Origin: Raja brachyura | Lineage: Eukaryota | Assembly: GCA_963514005.1 (NCBI GenBank) | Contig: OY740801.1 | Span: 36,828,001-36,892,000 of the forward strand | DNA length: 64,000 nt | Direction: 5' to 3' | Part shown: in pieces, positions 13,680-25,516 of the stretch | Numbering within the stretch: the stretch's first letter is position 1 | Layout: each line of letters starts with the position of its first letter | The notes under the pieces: model-generated | Databases searched by the model: none | Seen by the model: only the letters and a program-made list of their open reading frames with translations | Told to the model about the DNA's origin: nothing | Position numbers and translations under genes: made by a program

Positions 13680-14215
13680 GGTATATTAGGGTTACACTGG
13701 GAGTACATGCAGAGTTTGGTAATGGGGAAATATTGCTTCAATTGTACAGGGTACTATTGGGGCTACACCCAGTATTGTGTACAGTATTACTCCCTTTATT
13801 TAAGAAAGGGTATACTGCTATTGGAGGTGATCCAAAAGAAATTCTTGGAATTGAGAAAAAGTTGCCCTGACATGAGCAGCTAAAGAAATCAATTCTATTC
13901 TTTAGCGTTTAGAAGAGGGATGATGTTGTTGAAATATGACTTTACCAGGCATGACGGATGGGTCCACTTGTGGGGGAGTCCCAAATTAGGGGCCATGGTT
14001 ACAAATTCAGCAGAGAAGGAGGCAGTCATTTAAAACACATTCTTTCCTGCATAAGGATATATGTAGGGCAAATCATTAGGGGATTTGAAAAGGAATAAGA
14101 TCATTTAAGAGAGGAACTGAGAGCTCAGAGAACTGGCACAGGTGAAATGTGACCCAGGTAGACCAGCATTGTAATATTAAATGACAGGTCAGGATTGAGG
14201 GGACATGTGGCCTAC
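13680..14215 (+). mobile_element. Old degenerate CR1 LINE 3' fragment
   Basis: YCVQYYSLYLRK.. resembles CR1 EYCVQFWSPYLRKD. Confidence 0.65.
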
Positions 14216-14423
14216 TTATATTTTCTTACATCCCCAGTGGCATACAAGACACATGTATTGTTTCATGTTTTTGTGCATTGTTCAATACAATTCTCTCCCC
14301 ACCCTGAAATCAAAAACCTGTAAAGTTTCCACAGTCCATGTTTACTCTAGCTCATGAATCTCTATTGCCATCTGGTGGCTTCAACACACACAGCAATATC
14401 AACAAACTAACTGGAGCCAAGAG

Positions 14424-14588
14424 AGACACAAAATGCTGGAGTTACTCGGCAGAACTGGCAGCATCTCTGGAGAGAAAGGATGGGTGACGTTTCGGGTCGA
14501 GACCCTTCTTCAGACCGGAAACGTCACCCATTCTTTCTCTCCAGAGATGCTGCCTGTCCTGTTGAGTTACTCCAGTTTTTTTGTGTCT
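14424..14588. repeat. Inverted (fold-back) dimer of a Penelope pLTR fragment
   Basis: gacacaaaatgctggag...gggtgacgtttc is mirrored by gaaacgtcaccc...ctccagttttttgtgtc. Confidence 0.8.
14482..14516 (-). ncRNA. Minimal hammerhead ribozyme motif (intact core)
   Basis: Minus strand GGU-CUGAAGA-A-GGGUC(UC)GACCC-GAAAC-GUC-ACCC. Confidence 0.68.
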
Positions 14589-15177
14589 ACAGCAGTAGGT
14601 ACAGATGCTTGAAATCAAACACTGAGTGTAGAGGCAGTGTGTTCCAGACTTAGTAATGGCTTCTTCCCCCATTATCAGGCTTCCGAACTGCCCTTCCATA
14701 AGCCTGGGGACCATTTAATTCACTTCTACGTTTTTGAGGACATTGGACTTTGTCTAAGGATTAGATGTGCTACTAAGCTGAGAACTACGATCTGCACTTT
14801 ATCTTCCCCTTTCCTCGATCATACTTGAGTTTGAACTGATGGTCCCTATGTATGGTATATCAATCTGTATGGATAGCATGCATAGCTTTTACTGTACCTC
14901 AATACATGTGGCAATAATAAACCTAACCTATCATTTGTAAACATTCCTTTCCCTGTACCTGTCCAAGAGTATTTTAAATGCTATTATGGTACTTCCCTCA
15001 ACTCCCTCTTTTGGGAGCTCGTTCCATATACTCACCACCCTCAGTGAACAGTGAGCAAAAAAAAACATACTTGGACTTGATTGCCTGCACAGAAAGGTGG
15101 AAACAAAAAGCATCACATTTATCCAAGATCAGTTGCATACGAGGCATTTGATGGATCATCTAAATATGATGAGAAAA

Positions 15178-15905
15178 CAGTGCTCCCCATAATGTTTGGG
15201 ACAAAGACCCATCATTTATTTATTTGCCTCTGTACTCCACAACTTGAGATTTGTAATAGGAAAAAAAAATCACCTGTGGTTAAAGTGCACAGTCAGATTT
15301 TAATAACGGCCATTTTTATACATTTTGGTTTCACCATGTAGAAATTACAGCAGTGTTTATACATAGCCCGCTCCATTTCAGGGCACCATAATGTTTGGGA
15401 CAGCAATGTCATGTAAATGAAAGTAGTCATGTTTAGTATTTTGTTGCTTACCCTTTGCATGCAATGACTGCTTGAAGTCTGCGATTCATTGACATCACCA
15501 GTTGCTGGGTGTCTCCTCTGGTGATGCTCTGCCAGGCCTGTATTGCAGCCATCTTTAGCTTATGCTTATTTTGGGGGCTAGTCCCCTTCAGTTTTCTCTT
15601 CAGCATATAAAAGGCATGCTCAACTGGGTTCAGATCAGGTGATTGACCTGGCCACTCAAGAACTCCTTTGTAACTTTAGCTGTATGTTTGGGATCAGTTG
15701 AGGCATTTGTTTGAACTTGAGCTGATAGGATGTGTCCATATACTTCAGAATTCATTATGCTACTACCACCAGCAATTACAAACACCTGTGAAGCCATGTG
15801 TCCCAAATATTATGGTGCCCTGAAATGGGGGCAATGTATAAACACAGCTGTAAGGGCAAATAAATAAATGATGGGTCTTTGTCCCAAACATTATGGAGGG
15901 CACTG
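15178..15905 (-). mobile_element. Internally deleted Tc1 copy of the 9352-11001 family, opposite orientation
   Basis: Same TIR (CAGTG...gggacaaagaccc; ...ggagggcactg|TA); retains the reverse complement of the transposase 3' end. Confidence 0.9.
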
Positions 15906-16121
15906 TAGAGGAGGCCTTTCAGCCCATTTCATTCTTGCTAGGATAATCATGCATTAATTGCACACTTCAATCTATAAATTACAATTTTCTTCTGGCAACA
16001 AATGTTCATAAACATTTTAACAAATTGACAATAGGATCAATGCAAATTTCTTTTACTCTTGCAAAATAAATTAAAAAGACTGGCTTCTACACTTTGCCAC
16101 CAGTCACACAAGCGATGTCAT

Positions 16122-16373
16122 GTTTAGAGATACAGCATGGAAACAGGCCCTTCTGTCCACGCCGACCATCGATCTCCCGTTCACACTACTTGTATGCTGT
16201 CCTGCTTTTTCATCCACTCCAATAAACCTACAAACCACTCACCTTTGAGATGTGGGTGGAAATCACCCAGAGGAAATCGACTTGCTCACAGGGGAACATA
16301 CAAAGTCCACATAGTCAGCACCCGAGGTCAGGATTAAACCTAGGTCACTGGCGCTGTGAGGCAGCAGCTCTAC
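16122..16373 (-). mobile_element. HE1/V-SINE-like SINE
   Basis: Reverse complement of the SINE consensus seen at 7071 and 25517. Confidence 0.8.
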
Positions 16374-16533
16374 TAGGTAGACTTATGTTAGAATGTTTCA
16401 TTTATTTTGAATGCAAATAGGAAGTAATGTAAGTCGGCTACATATCGTGAATACAAGTCAGATTTACAAATTTGCTTTTAAAAAGTAATTTAATTGTAAA
16501 GAAACCAATTCAATTTTTACACCATTAAAATAA

Positions 16534-16539
16534 TTTATT
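16534..16539 (-). terminator. Candidate SMIM22 poly(A) signal
   Basis: TTTATT on + (AATAAA on -) about 610 bp past the stop, in unique AT-rich sequence; a second lies at 16401-16406. Confidence 0.4.
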
Positions 16540-17145
16540 CAGGAAAAAAAGCATTTGAAATAGTACATCTGTAAAATATTGTGTTGGCAATAACAATTTA
16601 TCCAGACTTGATATTGAATGTTGCTCTGTGGAAGTTAACAATTTAAACAAAGTGCACGCTGATAGGACCCAATTAATAGATTTTATACCTGCAATCAATT
16701 CATTTCAATTCGTATTTTAGCAAAATAAGAATTTAGAAGAGATTACAAATAATATTCTGAAGGAAAGCTATGCGTGTTTGAATCCCAACATGCTGCACAA
16801 ACCTGTGCCTACCCGCTTCCAATCTAATCTCAGTTACAGCTTAAAATGGTGGATTCCCTTTAAAAAATAAGGGATGCATTCATTTTCAAGATCTCTTTGC
16901 TTTACCCAGAGTGGTTATTAAGGGGCTGTAGAAAACATTGCTGCTAGTCATCTGCCTAACGGTTCACAGAGTGTGGATCCAAAGTAACGTTGGTACCAAA
17001 CTGAAGGAAAATTGCTAAAAGAAGCTAGATTTCTTTGCTGGATTAATTCGGAAAAGACGTCAGCCAAAAGGATTGCACTGGATTCTGTGACAGTGAAGGT
17101 GGTCGTTAAATGATCCGGTTGATGGTCAAAGATCCAATTTAAGTT

Positions 17146-17193
17146 CTACGGTTCTAGTGCCAGGTTGTCGACTCCCACTTTACGCTTTGAAGG
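17146..17193 (-). CDS. SMIM22: SMIM22 terminal coding exon (PSKRKVGVDNLALEP*)
   Basis: Minus-strand ttctttctctcttttag| acceptor; GVDNLALEP* matches the human SMIM22 C-terminus as recalled. Confidence 0.92.
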   Translation of the reverse strand, partial: PSKRKVGVDNLALEP

Positions 17194-17326
17194 CTAAAAG
17201 AGAGAAAGAATCAGCTCAAAATATTTGAAATTCATTTTGCTAGCTTATTGATCTGAATGTCTTACGAAGAATAACCATATTTTTTATGTACATGTGTGCA
17301 TGTGTATGTATTTATATATATCCATA

Positions 17327-18729
17327 TTTTTGCAAAGTAATTAAAAATAAATAACTGAAATATCACATTTACATAAGTATTCAGACCCTTTACTCAGTAC
17401 TTTGCTGAGGCACCTTTGGCAGAGATTACAGCCTCAAGTCTTCTTGGGCATGACGCTACAAGCTTAGCACACCTGTATTTGGGTAATTTCTCCCATTCTT
17501 CTCCGCAGATCCTCTCAAGCTCTGTCAGGTTGGATGGGGAGCATCGATGCTCCATTTTTCATGTCCCTCCAGAGATGTTCGATCGGATTCAAGTTCGGGC
17601 TCTGGCTGGGCCACTGAAGGCCATTCACAGATTTGTCACGAAGCCACTCCCGCGTTGTCTTGGCTGTGTGCTTAGGGTCGTTGTCCTGTTGGAAAGTGAA
17701 GCTCCGCTCCAGTCTGAGGTCCAGAATGTTGTGGAGCAGATTTTCAGCAGGAGCAGGAGCAGATCACTCTGTACTTTGCTCCCTTCATCTTTATCTTTCC
17801 CTCGATCCTGCCGCTGAAAAACATCCCCACAGCGTGATGCTGCCACCACCATGCTTCACCGTAAGTATGGTATTGGCCAGGTGATGAGCGGTGCCTGGTT
17901 TCCTCCAGACGTGACGCTTGGCATTCAGGCCAAAGAGTTCAATCTTGGTTTCGTCAGACCAGAGATTCTTGTTTAGGTGCCTTTTGGCAAACTCCAAGCG
18001 GGCTGTCATGTGCCTTTTACTGAGGAGTGGCGTCCTTCTGGCCACTCTACCATAAAGACCCGATTGGTGGAGTGCTGCAGATATAGTTGTCCTTCTGGAA
18101 GGTTCTCCCATCTCCATAGAGGAACTCTGTCAGAGTGACCATCGGGTTCTTGGTCTACTCCCCCAATTGCTCAGTTTGGCCGAGCGGCCAGCTCTATGAA
18201 GAGTCCAAAGGTGGTTTCAAAGTTCTTCCATTTAAGAATGACGGAGGCCACTTCGGGTCCTGTAATGCTGCAGAAAATGTTTTATACCCTTCCCCAGATC
18301 GGTGTCTCGACACAATCCTGTCTCGGAGGTTTACGGACAACTTCTTCGTCTTCATGGCTTGGTTTTTGCTCTGACATGCACTGTCAACTGTGGGACCTTA
18401 TATAGACAGGTGCGTGCCTTTCCAAATCATGCTCAATCAGTTTAATTTACCACTGGTGGACTCCAATCATGTTGTAGAAATATCTCAAGGATAATCAATG
18501 GAAACAAGATTCACTGAAGCTCAATTTTGAGTGTCATATGTAAATGTGATATTTCAGTTCGTTCTTTTTAATTACTCTGCAAAAAATTTTAAACACCTGT
18601 TTTCCCTTTTTTATTATGAGTTATTGTGTGTAGATTGATGATAAAAAATCAACTTAATCAATTTTAGAATAAGGCTGTAACGTAACAAAATGTGGAAAAA
18701 GTGAAGGGGTCTGAATACTTTCTGAATGG
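17327..18729 (-). mobile_element. Second Tc1 family (teleost/salmonid-like), degenerate, in the last SMIM22 intron
   Basis: AAGTATTCAGACCC TIR/DR motifs; transposase fragment [26 protein letters not shown]...[40 protein letters not shown]; KGAS.KY end. Confidence 0.9.
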
Positions 18730-19426
18730 TGTGTGTGTGCACACGCATGATCTATATATGTGTATTTGTGAGTATGTGTATATATGCACACGCACAGAAC
18801 TTTTTCCCCTCTCGTTTACTATATTGTTTACAGTACATTATACAACACGATAGAACTATATTTATCCTAGGAGGGAAATTGATCTGCCAACAGTTATAAA
18901 AACACAAAACGCATGAAACATGAAATTAAAGTGACAAGTGGAAAGGCTTGGGGGATGTGCAAAGATAGGGGAGGGAGAGAGTCAGTCTCAGTCTACCCCA
19001 CGACAGAAGGGGAGGAGTTGATTGCTGCAGGGAAGAAGGATCTCCTGTGGCGTTCTGATCAGCATCTTGGTGGAACTATATATAGTACACTTGGTTTACA
19101 TATTCTGCTGTGCTGCTGCAATTAAGAATTCCATTGTTCTATCTGGAACATATGACAATGAAATACTCTTGACGCTTGACTCATATTTATGTTAAATGGA
19201 ATTGCAAGAAACAGCTGGTTATTTTCAGATCAATCAGAAATAAAGCTGCCAGTAAGTACATATTATGCTACTTTTTTGAAATATATAATTTCCAATTACT
19301 TATTGTCCATGTGATACAAGTTGAATTTAGAAGAAAACAAAACAATAATAAGATAAAAAATCCAGGAAATAAAATGACATCCAAAAATCAACTCAGACAA
19401 GTCATTAATTTTTTTTAAAGTTTTAA

Positions 19427-20035
19427 ACATAGAAAATAGGTGCAGGAGGAGGCCATTTAGTTCTTCAAGCCAGCACCGCCATTCATTGTGATCATAGCTG
19501 ATCATCCACAATCAGTAACCCGTGCCTGCCTTCTCCCCATATCCCTTGATTCCACTAGCCCCTAGGGCTCTATCTAACTCTTTTAAATTCTTCCAGTGAG
19601 TTGGCCTCTGTGGCAGAGAATAAAATTCACAACTCTCTGGGTTTTTTTCTCATCTCAGTTTTAAATGGCATCCCCTTTATTCGGAGATTGTGGCCCCTGG
19701 TTCTGGACTGTCCCAACATTGGGAACATTTTTCCTGCATCTAGCTTGTCCAGTCCTTTTACAATGTTATACGTTTCTATAAAATCCCCTCTCATCCTTCT
19801 AAATTCCAGTGAATACAAGCCCATTCTTTCCAACGTTTCTGCATAGGACAGTCCCACCATCCCGGGTATTAACCTCGTGAGCCTGCGCTGCACAGTCTCC
19901 ATAGCAAGGATGTCCTTCCTCAAATTAGGAGACCAAAACTGCACACAATACTCCAGGTGTGGTCTCACCAGGGCCCTGTACAACAGCAGAAAGACCTCTT
20001 TACTCCTATACTCAAATCCTCTTGTTATGAAGGCC
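19427..20035 (-). mobile_element. CR1 LINE 3' fragment with tail
   Basis: YRALVRPHLEYCVQFWSPNLRKD...LYSLEFRRMRGD...RTRGHNL; tail ending tatgtttcta-like. Confidence 0.92.
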
Positions 20036-20862
20036 TCGTTGTGAATTTCAAATTATTACTTGAAACATCTTAAGCTTTGCTGCTGAGAATCCATGAATGG
20101 AATGAACTAATTTGATTGGAGAATTGCAGGTGCTTGTTTACGAAGAAAGACAAAGTACTGGAGTGACCCAAGGGTCCCAACCCAAAATGTTACTTATTCA
20201 TGTTCTCCAAAGATGCTGCCTGACCCGCTGAGTTTCTCCAGCACTTTGAACTAAAGTGATTTACTGGGGAGGTGTAGGAGACCAAGTTGTATAATCAATG
20301 CAGAAATACTTTTGCTCAGGCTGTCCCTTCTGCCGATCTGCAGCCCCGATGTGTAGGAAGGAACTGCAGATGCTGGTTTACATCGAAGATAGTCATAAAA
20401 CAATGGAATAACTCAGCGGGACAGGCAGCATTTCTGGAGACAAAGAATAGATTAAGTTTTGGGTCAAGACCCTGCTGGCTCCAAGCTTGGGAACTGGCTG
20501 AGTAAACAGCAGGAAGATGGAGGTACTGGAGGATGATCGATGGCCGTGAACTCACCACCTACGCTCTTGTAAAGAGCTCTAAAGTGCCATGGTCAGCTCC
20601 AGGAGTGAGGAATGACGGCCTCAGGGCATGGAAGTGGAGGGTTGGCTGCCGGAGGGGATGGATGGCGCTGTTGCCATGGTCACAGATTGGAGGGAGGTCC
20701 TACAGCAGCCGGGTGAGTGAGAATATTGAGTGCAACTTATGGCAGCTGCACAGAGTGGCGATGGGAGGTGTTGATGGCATCACACAGGGCCAGGACAACC
20801 GTTACTTCATCAATGCGGTGTTGCCATGACAGTGAGAGTATAAGAGGTTCCCTATGCCTTGA

Positions 20863-21185
20863 GCCACAATTGGACTTTTCAGAGACTTGGAAGTTCTTCA
20901 GGGGCTTGGAGGCAGCAAACAAAGAGGGACCCGGCGTGGGGGGGGAGGGCGAGAGAACAATGGGGACTAAATGGAATACTTTGTAACTTTGTCAGTGCCC
21001 TGTAATAATAAAGCATCATCGATTTATTCAAGTTGCTAGATGGCGCCAGAACATGGCGACTCTCTACATGCTGCTCCAGAAGAGGATCTATTATACTCAT
21101 GTATAGAATGATTTGACGGAACAGCATGCAGAACAAACTTTTCACTGCAATATGTGCACATGACAATAACAAACCAAACTAAGGT
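20863..21185 (+). mobile_element. Two-module non-autonomous retroelement with Rex1-like tail
   Basis: Module A (20863-21005) and module B (agatggcgccagaacatggcgac...cagcatgcagaacaaacttttcactg...tgacaataacaaacc) both recur at 24194-24582. Confidence 0.55.
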
Positions 21186-21607
21186 AAAACTAAACTTGCT
21201 ATTTAACACATTCTTCACATCTCTCATTCCGGGAGGAATTAGTTAAGCAGAGGAACACTGGCTCCGAGTATGTCAATTGTTAACTGCGTTTTCTTTTAGA
21301 CTAATGATGCAGATGCAAAATTTGTTCACGTTATAGGAGAAAAAGTAGGCCATTCGGTCCATCGCGTCTACACTGCCATTCAATCATGGCTGATCTCTGC
21401 CTCCTACAATGCAAGAATTTCATTGTCTTATGTGGGACACACAACAATAAACTCTCTTGAATCTACTCCCATTTTCCTGCCTTCTCCCCATAACCCTTTC
21501 TAATCAAGAAGTTGACTATCTCCTCCTTAAAAATATCCGCTAACTTGGCCTCCACAGCCCTCCGTGGCAATGAGTTCCACAGATTAACTGTTAATAGATT
21601 GTTAATC

Positions 21608-22155
21608 TGGAGTATGGTGTACAATTTTGGTCACCTAATTATAGGAAGGATGTCAACAAAATAGAGAGAGTACAGAGGAGATTTACTAGAATGTTGCCTG
21701 GGTTCCAGCAACTAAGTTACAGAGAAAGGTTAAACAAGTTAGGTCTTTATTCTTTGGAGCGCAGAAGGTTAAGGGGGGGACTTGATTGAGGCCTTTAAAA
21801 TGATGAAAGGGATAGACAGAGTTGACGTGGATAAGCTTTTCCCATTGAGGGTGGGGAAGATTCGAACAAGAGGGCATGACATGAGAATTGAGGGACAGAA
21901 GTTTAGGGGCAACATGAGGGGGAACTTCTTTACTCGGAGAGTGGTGGCTGTGTGGAATGATCGTCCAGCAGAAGTGGTGGAGGCAGGATCGATTTTAACA
22001 TTTAAAAGTAAAGTGGATAGGTATATGGATGGGAAGGAAATGGAGGGGTATGGTCTGAATGCAGGGAGATGGGACTAGGGGAAAATAAATGGTCGGCACG
22101 GACTGGAAGGGCCGAGAAGGCCTGTTTCCGTGCTGTAATTGTTATATGGTTATAT
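21608..22155 (+). mobile_element. CR1 LINE 3' fragment (adjacent inverted CR1 tail at about 21337-21590)
   Basis: EYGVQFWSPNYRKD..., IRTRGHDMRIEG..GNFFTRRVVAVWN; tail ctgtttccgtgctgtaattgttatatgg. Confidence 0.9.
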
Positions 22156-22940
22156 AATAGGAATTCAGACCCAGAGACGGCAGATACTGGAAATAACAAA
22201 CCGTCTGCAGGAGAACGCTGAAGCTCAAGCAGCATTCGTTGGGTGAAAGGAACAGTCGGTGTTCTGGGTTGAAACCCTGCAATAGGATTAAGAGTGCAGA
22301 GAGAAAATAGCCAATATAAAGAAGGGAGGGAGTGTTGAGACGGAGGCAAGTGAGTGATTAGTGGACCGAGATGGGGTGAAGAAGCATTATGAGCAGATTG
22401 AAGATCGATGCAAAATGCTGGAGTAACAGGCAGCATCTCTGGAGAGAAGGAATGGGTGACCTTTCGGGTCGAGATCCTTCTTCAAACTGAGAGTCAGGAG
22501 AGAGGGAAAGCAGAGATATGGAAGGGTACAAAGAGAATGCAAGGTGCGAAAAGAACAGATAACAGCAGAGGATGCTGAAGGAAATGTACAATGGTTCATT
22601 GATGGCTATGGGGAAGGTGACAACAGGTTGAGCCAGGTGGTGGTGGGGAGGGGGTGGGGGTGGGAGACAGGGGCAGGTGGATGACCGTTGAGGCTGCCGT
22701 GTTCCTCCAGCAAATTGCTTGTTGCAAAATTTGTTTTAATCCAGATAATGAAGCTTCCAATGAGAGATAGACCCAGTAGGCAGTGACAATAAAAGGCCTG
22801 ATTCTGAACCAAACCCCCTGCAGCATAACCTTGCTGATGAAGTTGACAGGTTGTTGCCAATTACTGGATAGGTCCCTGTGAAAGAGAGCCCGGATGGCTC
22901 TTCTTTAGGATTTAGCTCAGGGACACATGGATCTTCATAT

Positions 22941-23224
22941 AGTTTAGTTTAGATACAGCATGGAAACATGCCCTTCAGCCCACCGAGTCCATGCCGTCCA
23001 TCGATCACCCCGTGCACACTAGGGATCATTTTCAATTTTACCTAAGCCAATTGACCTACAAACCTGCACGTCTTTGGGACGGGGGAGGAAACCGGAGCAA
23101 ACAGACGCGGCCACAGGGAGAATGTACAAATTCCACACAGGCAGTGCCCCTAGTTAGGATCCGGGATCGAAACCGGGTCTCCGGTGCTGTGAGGCAGCAA
23201 TTCTAGCGCCGCGCCACTGTGCCC
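22941..23224 (-). mobile_element. HE1/V-SINE-like SINE
   Basis: Minus strand GGGCACAGTGGCGCGGCGCTAG...CCCGGTTTCGATCCC head and (taaac)n tail. Confidence 0.85.
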
Positions 23225-23343
23225 TGCTGTCACAGCGTGGTTGATGGTACATTCGGAGATTATGCGACACTGAGATGGCATCTCTCCCAGCTGCAACGGC
23301 AGGAAGTCCTGAACCAGTTCACCCCAAAAGAAAGAAGACTAAC

Positions 23344-23417
23344 CTTTTTGGAGGAAGAACAGCAGCAGCCCCAGAAAAAGCGAACAACAACCAAGAGAAT
23401 GAGGAACAATACAGCAC
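23344..23417 (-). CDS. SMIM22: SMIM22 middle coding exon (G/AVLFLILLVVVRFFWGCCCSSSKK), TM segment plus Cys cluster
   Basis: ttttaattttccag| acceptor and AAG|gttagt donor; 74 bp; phase compatible with both neighbours; resembles human GTVLLLLLLVVAHCCCCSS. Confidence 0.92.
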
Positions 23418-23956
23418 CTGGAAAATTAAAAGGGAAACAAGAAGGAAAAAAAAATGTAAATGAAATCAAGCAAAATTCACAACAGTGCAAATTATTTGCC
23501 ACTGGATTTGACAATCGGAAGGCAACTTTTCCGCCTTATACTATCTTGATAAAACAGTTGTGCATATTTTCCGAGGCACAAAATCTTCAAGATAACAAAG
23601 AAAATAATATCATTAACTTATTTTGCATGTTGGGTTTTCCAGTGAAATTCTTTTGCAAAACAACATTGCTGCAAGGACTTTAGGTCCACAGTTAACACAA
23701 TCTAGCTCAGGGAAATTTGAACACGTAAAATACCGCAAAACAGTTTTGCCCAACAGAAATTCAACAGCAGGATTCTTCAGACTGCAGAGTATCAATTTTA
23801 GAATGTTACTTCGATAATTAGAATTGCCATCTGAAATAGGCAAAGTGCTAAACTATTTATGAAGCAGTGAATGCCTGATCCACAAGTTGCCTAAGAACTT
23901 CAATGTTTCCATAGACCAGATTTGGAGTTTTGATATTTTGGACTAAGTAACAATGT

Positions 23957-24680
23957 GGGCGGCACAGTGACGTAGCAGTGGAGTTGCTGCCTTACAGCGG
24001 CAGAGGACCTGCGCTCGATCCCGACTATGGGTGCTGTCTGTACGGAGTTTGTACGTTGCCTCTGTGACCACAGGGGTTTTCTCTGGGTGCTCCGGTTTTC
24101 TCCCATACTCCAAAGACGTACAGGTTTGTAGCGTAATTGACTTCGGTAAAACTGTAAATTGTCCCTGGTGTGTAGGATAGTGTTATTCCTTGGGCCACGA
24201 TTGGACGTTTCAGCGACTTGGAGACGACGAACAAAGAGGGACCCGGCGTGGGGCCGGAGGGAGGGGGAGAGAACAAAGGGGACTAAATGGAACACTTTGT
24301 AACTTTGTCAGCTCCCTATACGTGGCGACACTTTGCATACCTTGTGTATGCAAAACAAAGAATCTCACTGTGACAAGGGTCTGAAGAAGGGTCTCGACCC
24401 AAAACGTCGCCCATCTCCTTCGCTCCTTAGATGCTGCTGCACCCGCTGAGTTTCTCCAGCTTTTTGTGTAACCCTTCATTCATTCAAGTTGCTAGATGGC
24501 GCCAGAACATGGCGACTCTCTACAGAGGATCTATTATACCCATGCATAGTATGGTTTGACTGAACAGCATGCAGAACAAACTTAGTGTATGTGGGATAGT
24601 GTTAGTGTGCAGGGATTACTGGTCGGCGCGGACTCGGTGGGCCGAAGGGTCTGTTTCCGCGCTGCATCTCACAACTAAAC
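23957..24680 (+). mobile_element. HE1/V-SINE-like SINE interrupted by a composite insert at about 24186-24582
   Basis: SINE head at 23957, body to 24185, resumes at about 24583 with a repeated gtg..taggatagtgtta segment. Confidence 0.8.
24377..24412 (+). ncRNA. Degenerate hammerhead motif (GAAA to AAAA)
   Basis: GGGU-CUGAAGA-A-GGGUC(UC)GACCC-AAAAC-GUC-GCCC; catalytic G12 lost. Confidence 0.55.
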
Positions 24681-25175
24681 TTTTGTGCATTAGGTTCCTG
24701 TCAGGTGATTAAAGGTCAGCTCTCGGTGTGGCGGAAATTTGACATATCTCTGGAAAGTAGCCAGCAACATGCCTTCTGGCAGGGTAGCCATGCGCTCAGA
24801 ACTTCATCACACAAACAGAAAAGGGACAGGCCTGCTCAAATTGAAATTGGCACCATTTGAAAACACAACCATCTGGCAGGTTTTTCCTGACGTTGAGACA
24901 ACAGCAGACACTAATACAAGGTACAAGAGAGAGTGCCAATGTTTGTCTCCCTTAACTGATTAGATATTTAGCAGAAAAAGCAACATATTTAACCACAACT
25001 TTTTAAGAGCGAGTTTCACTATCTCAGGATCTTATGAAAGAGTTAGGGCAATGATTTGCTGCATACTGAATGACAAAGATATTTTTTAAATTATATTCCT
25101 AAATATTAGCAATTGATCTATATGTAGAAACAATTGTTTACAATTATTAATCTTTGGTAGCCTTTGGCAACTTAC

Positions 25176-25305
25176 CAATAAAAATGAAGAAAATGGCAAA
25201 AGTGGCAATATCCCAGTCAGACTGAAAAAGTTGCTTGCTTTGTAGTCTCCTCACGACATCATTAAACTGGGCTTCAATCTGCGCCCCCACGTCTTGGTCA
25301 GCCAT
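25176..25305 (-). CDS. SMIM22: SMIM22 first coding exon (MADQDVGAQIEAQFNDVVRRLQSKQLFQSDWDIATFAIFFIFI/G)
   Basis: AAGATGG Kozak context; ATTG|gtaagt donor; resembles human VLGRLKSHQFFQSTWDTVAFIVFLTFMG. An upstream acceptor tgttgtgcag| at 25364 implies a further non-coding exon. Confidence 0.93.
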
Positions 25306-25516
25306 CTTTGGTAATGGCTGTTCTGAGATGGTTCAACAGTGGAGGTTTGGCAAACAACAGTAACTGCACAACATAAAACAAGAGTTGTTATGCACCCTGC
25401 ACAAAATATACCAACAAACCCTTCACAATATTACACACAATACAATTCCTTAACCACGTGCTTATAAATGGATTGTATTTTAAAAAGGTTACACAAGAAT
25501 GGTTTCCAGGTAATTA

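Noticed and set aside
23219-23683. 154-aa plus-strand ORF
   Set aside because: Antisense to the SMIM22 middle exon and its polypyrimidine tract; Lys/Gln bias mirrors that sequence; no recognisable domain
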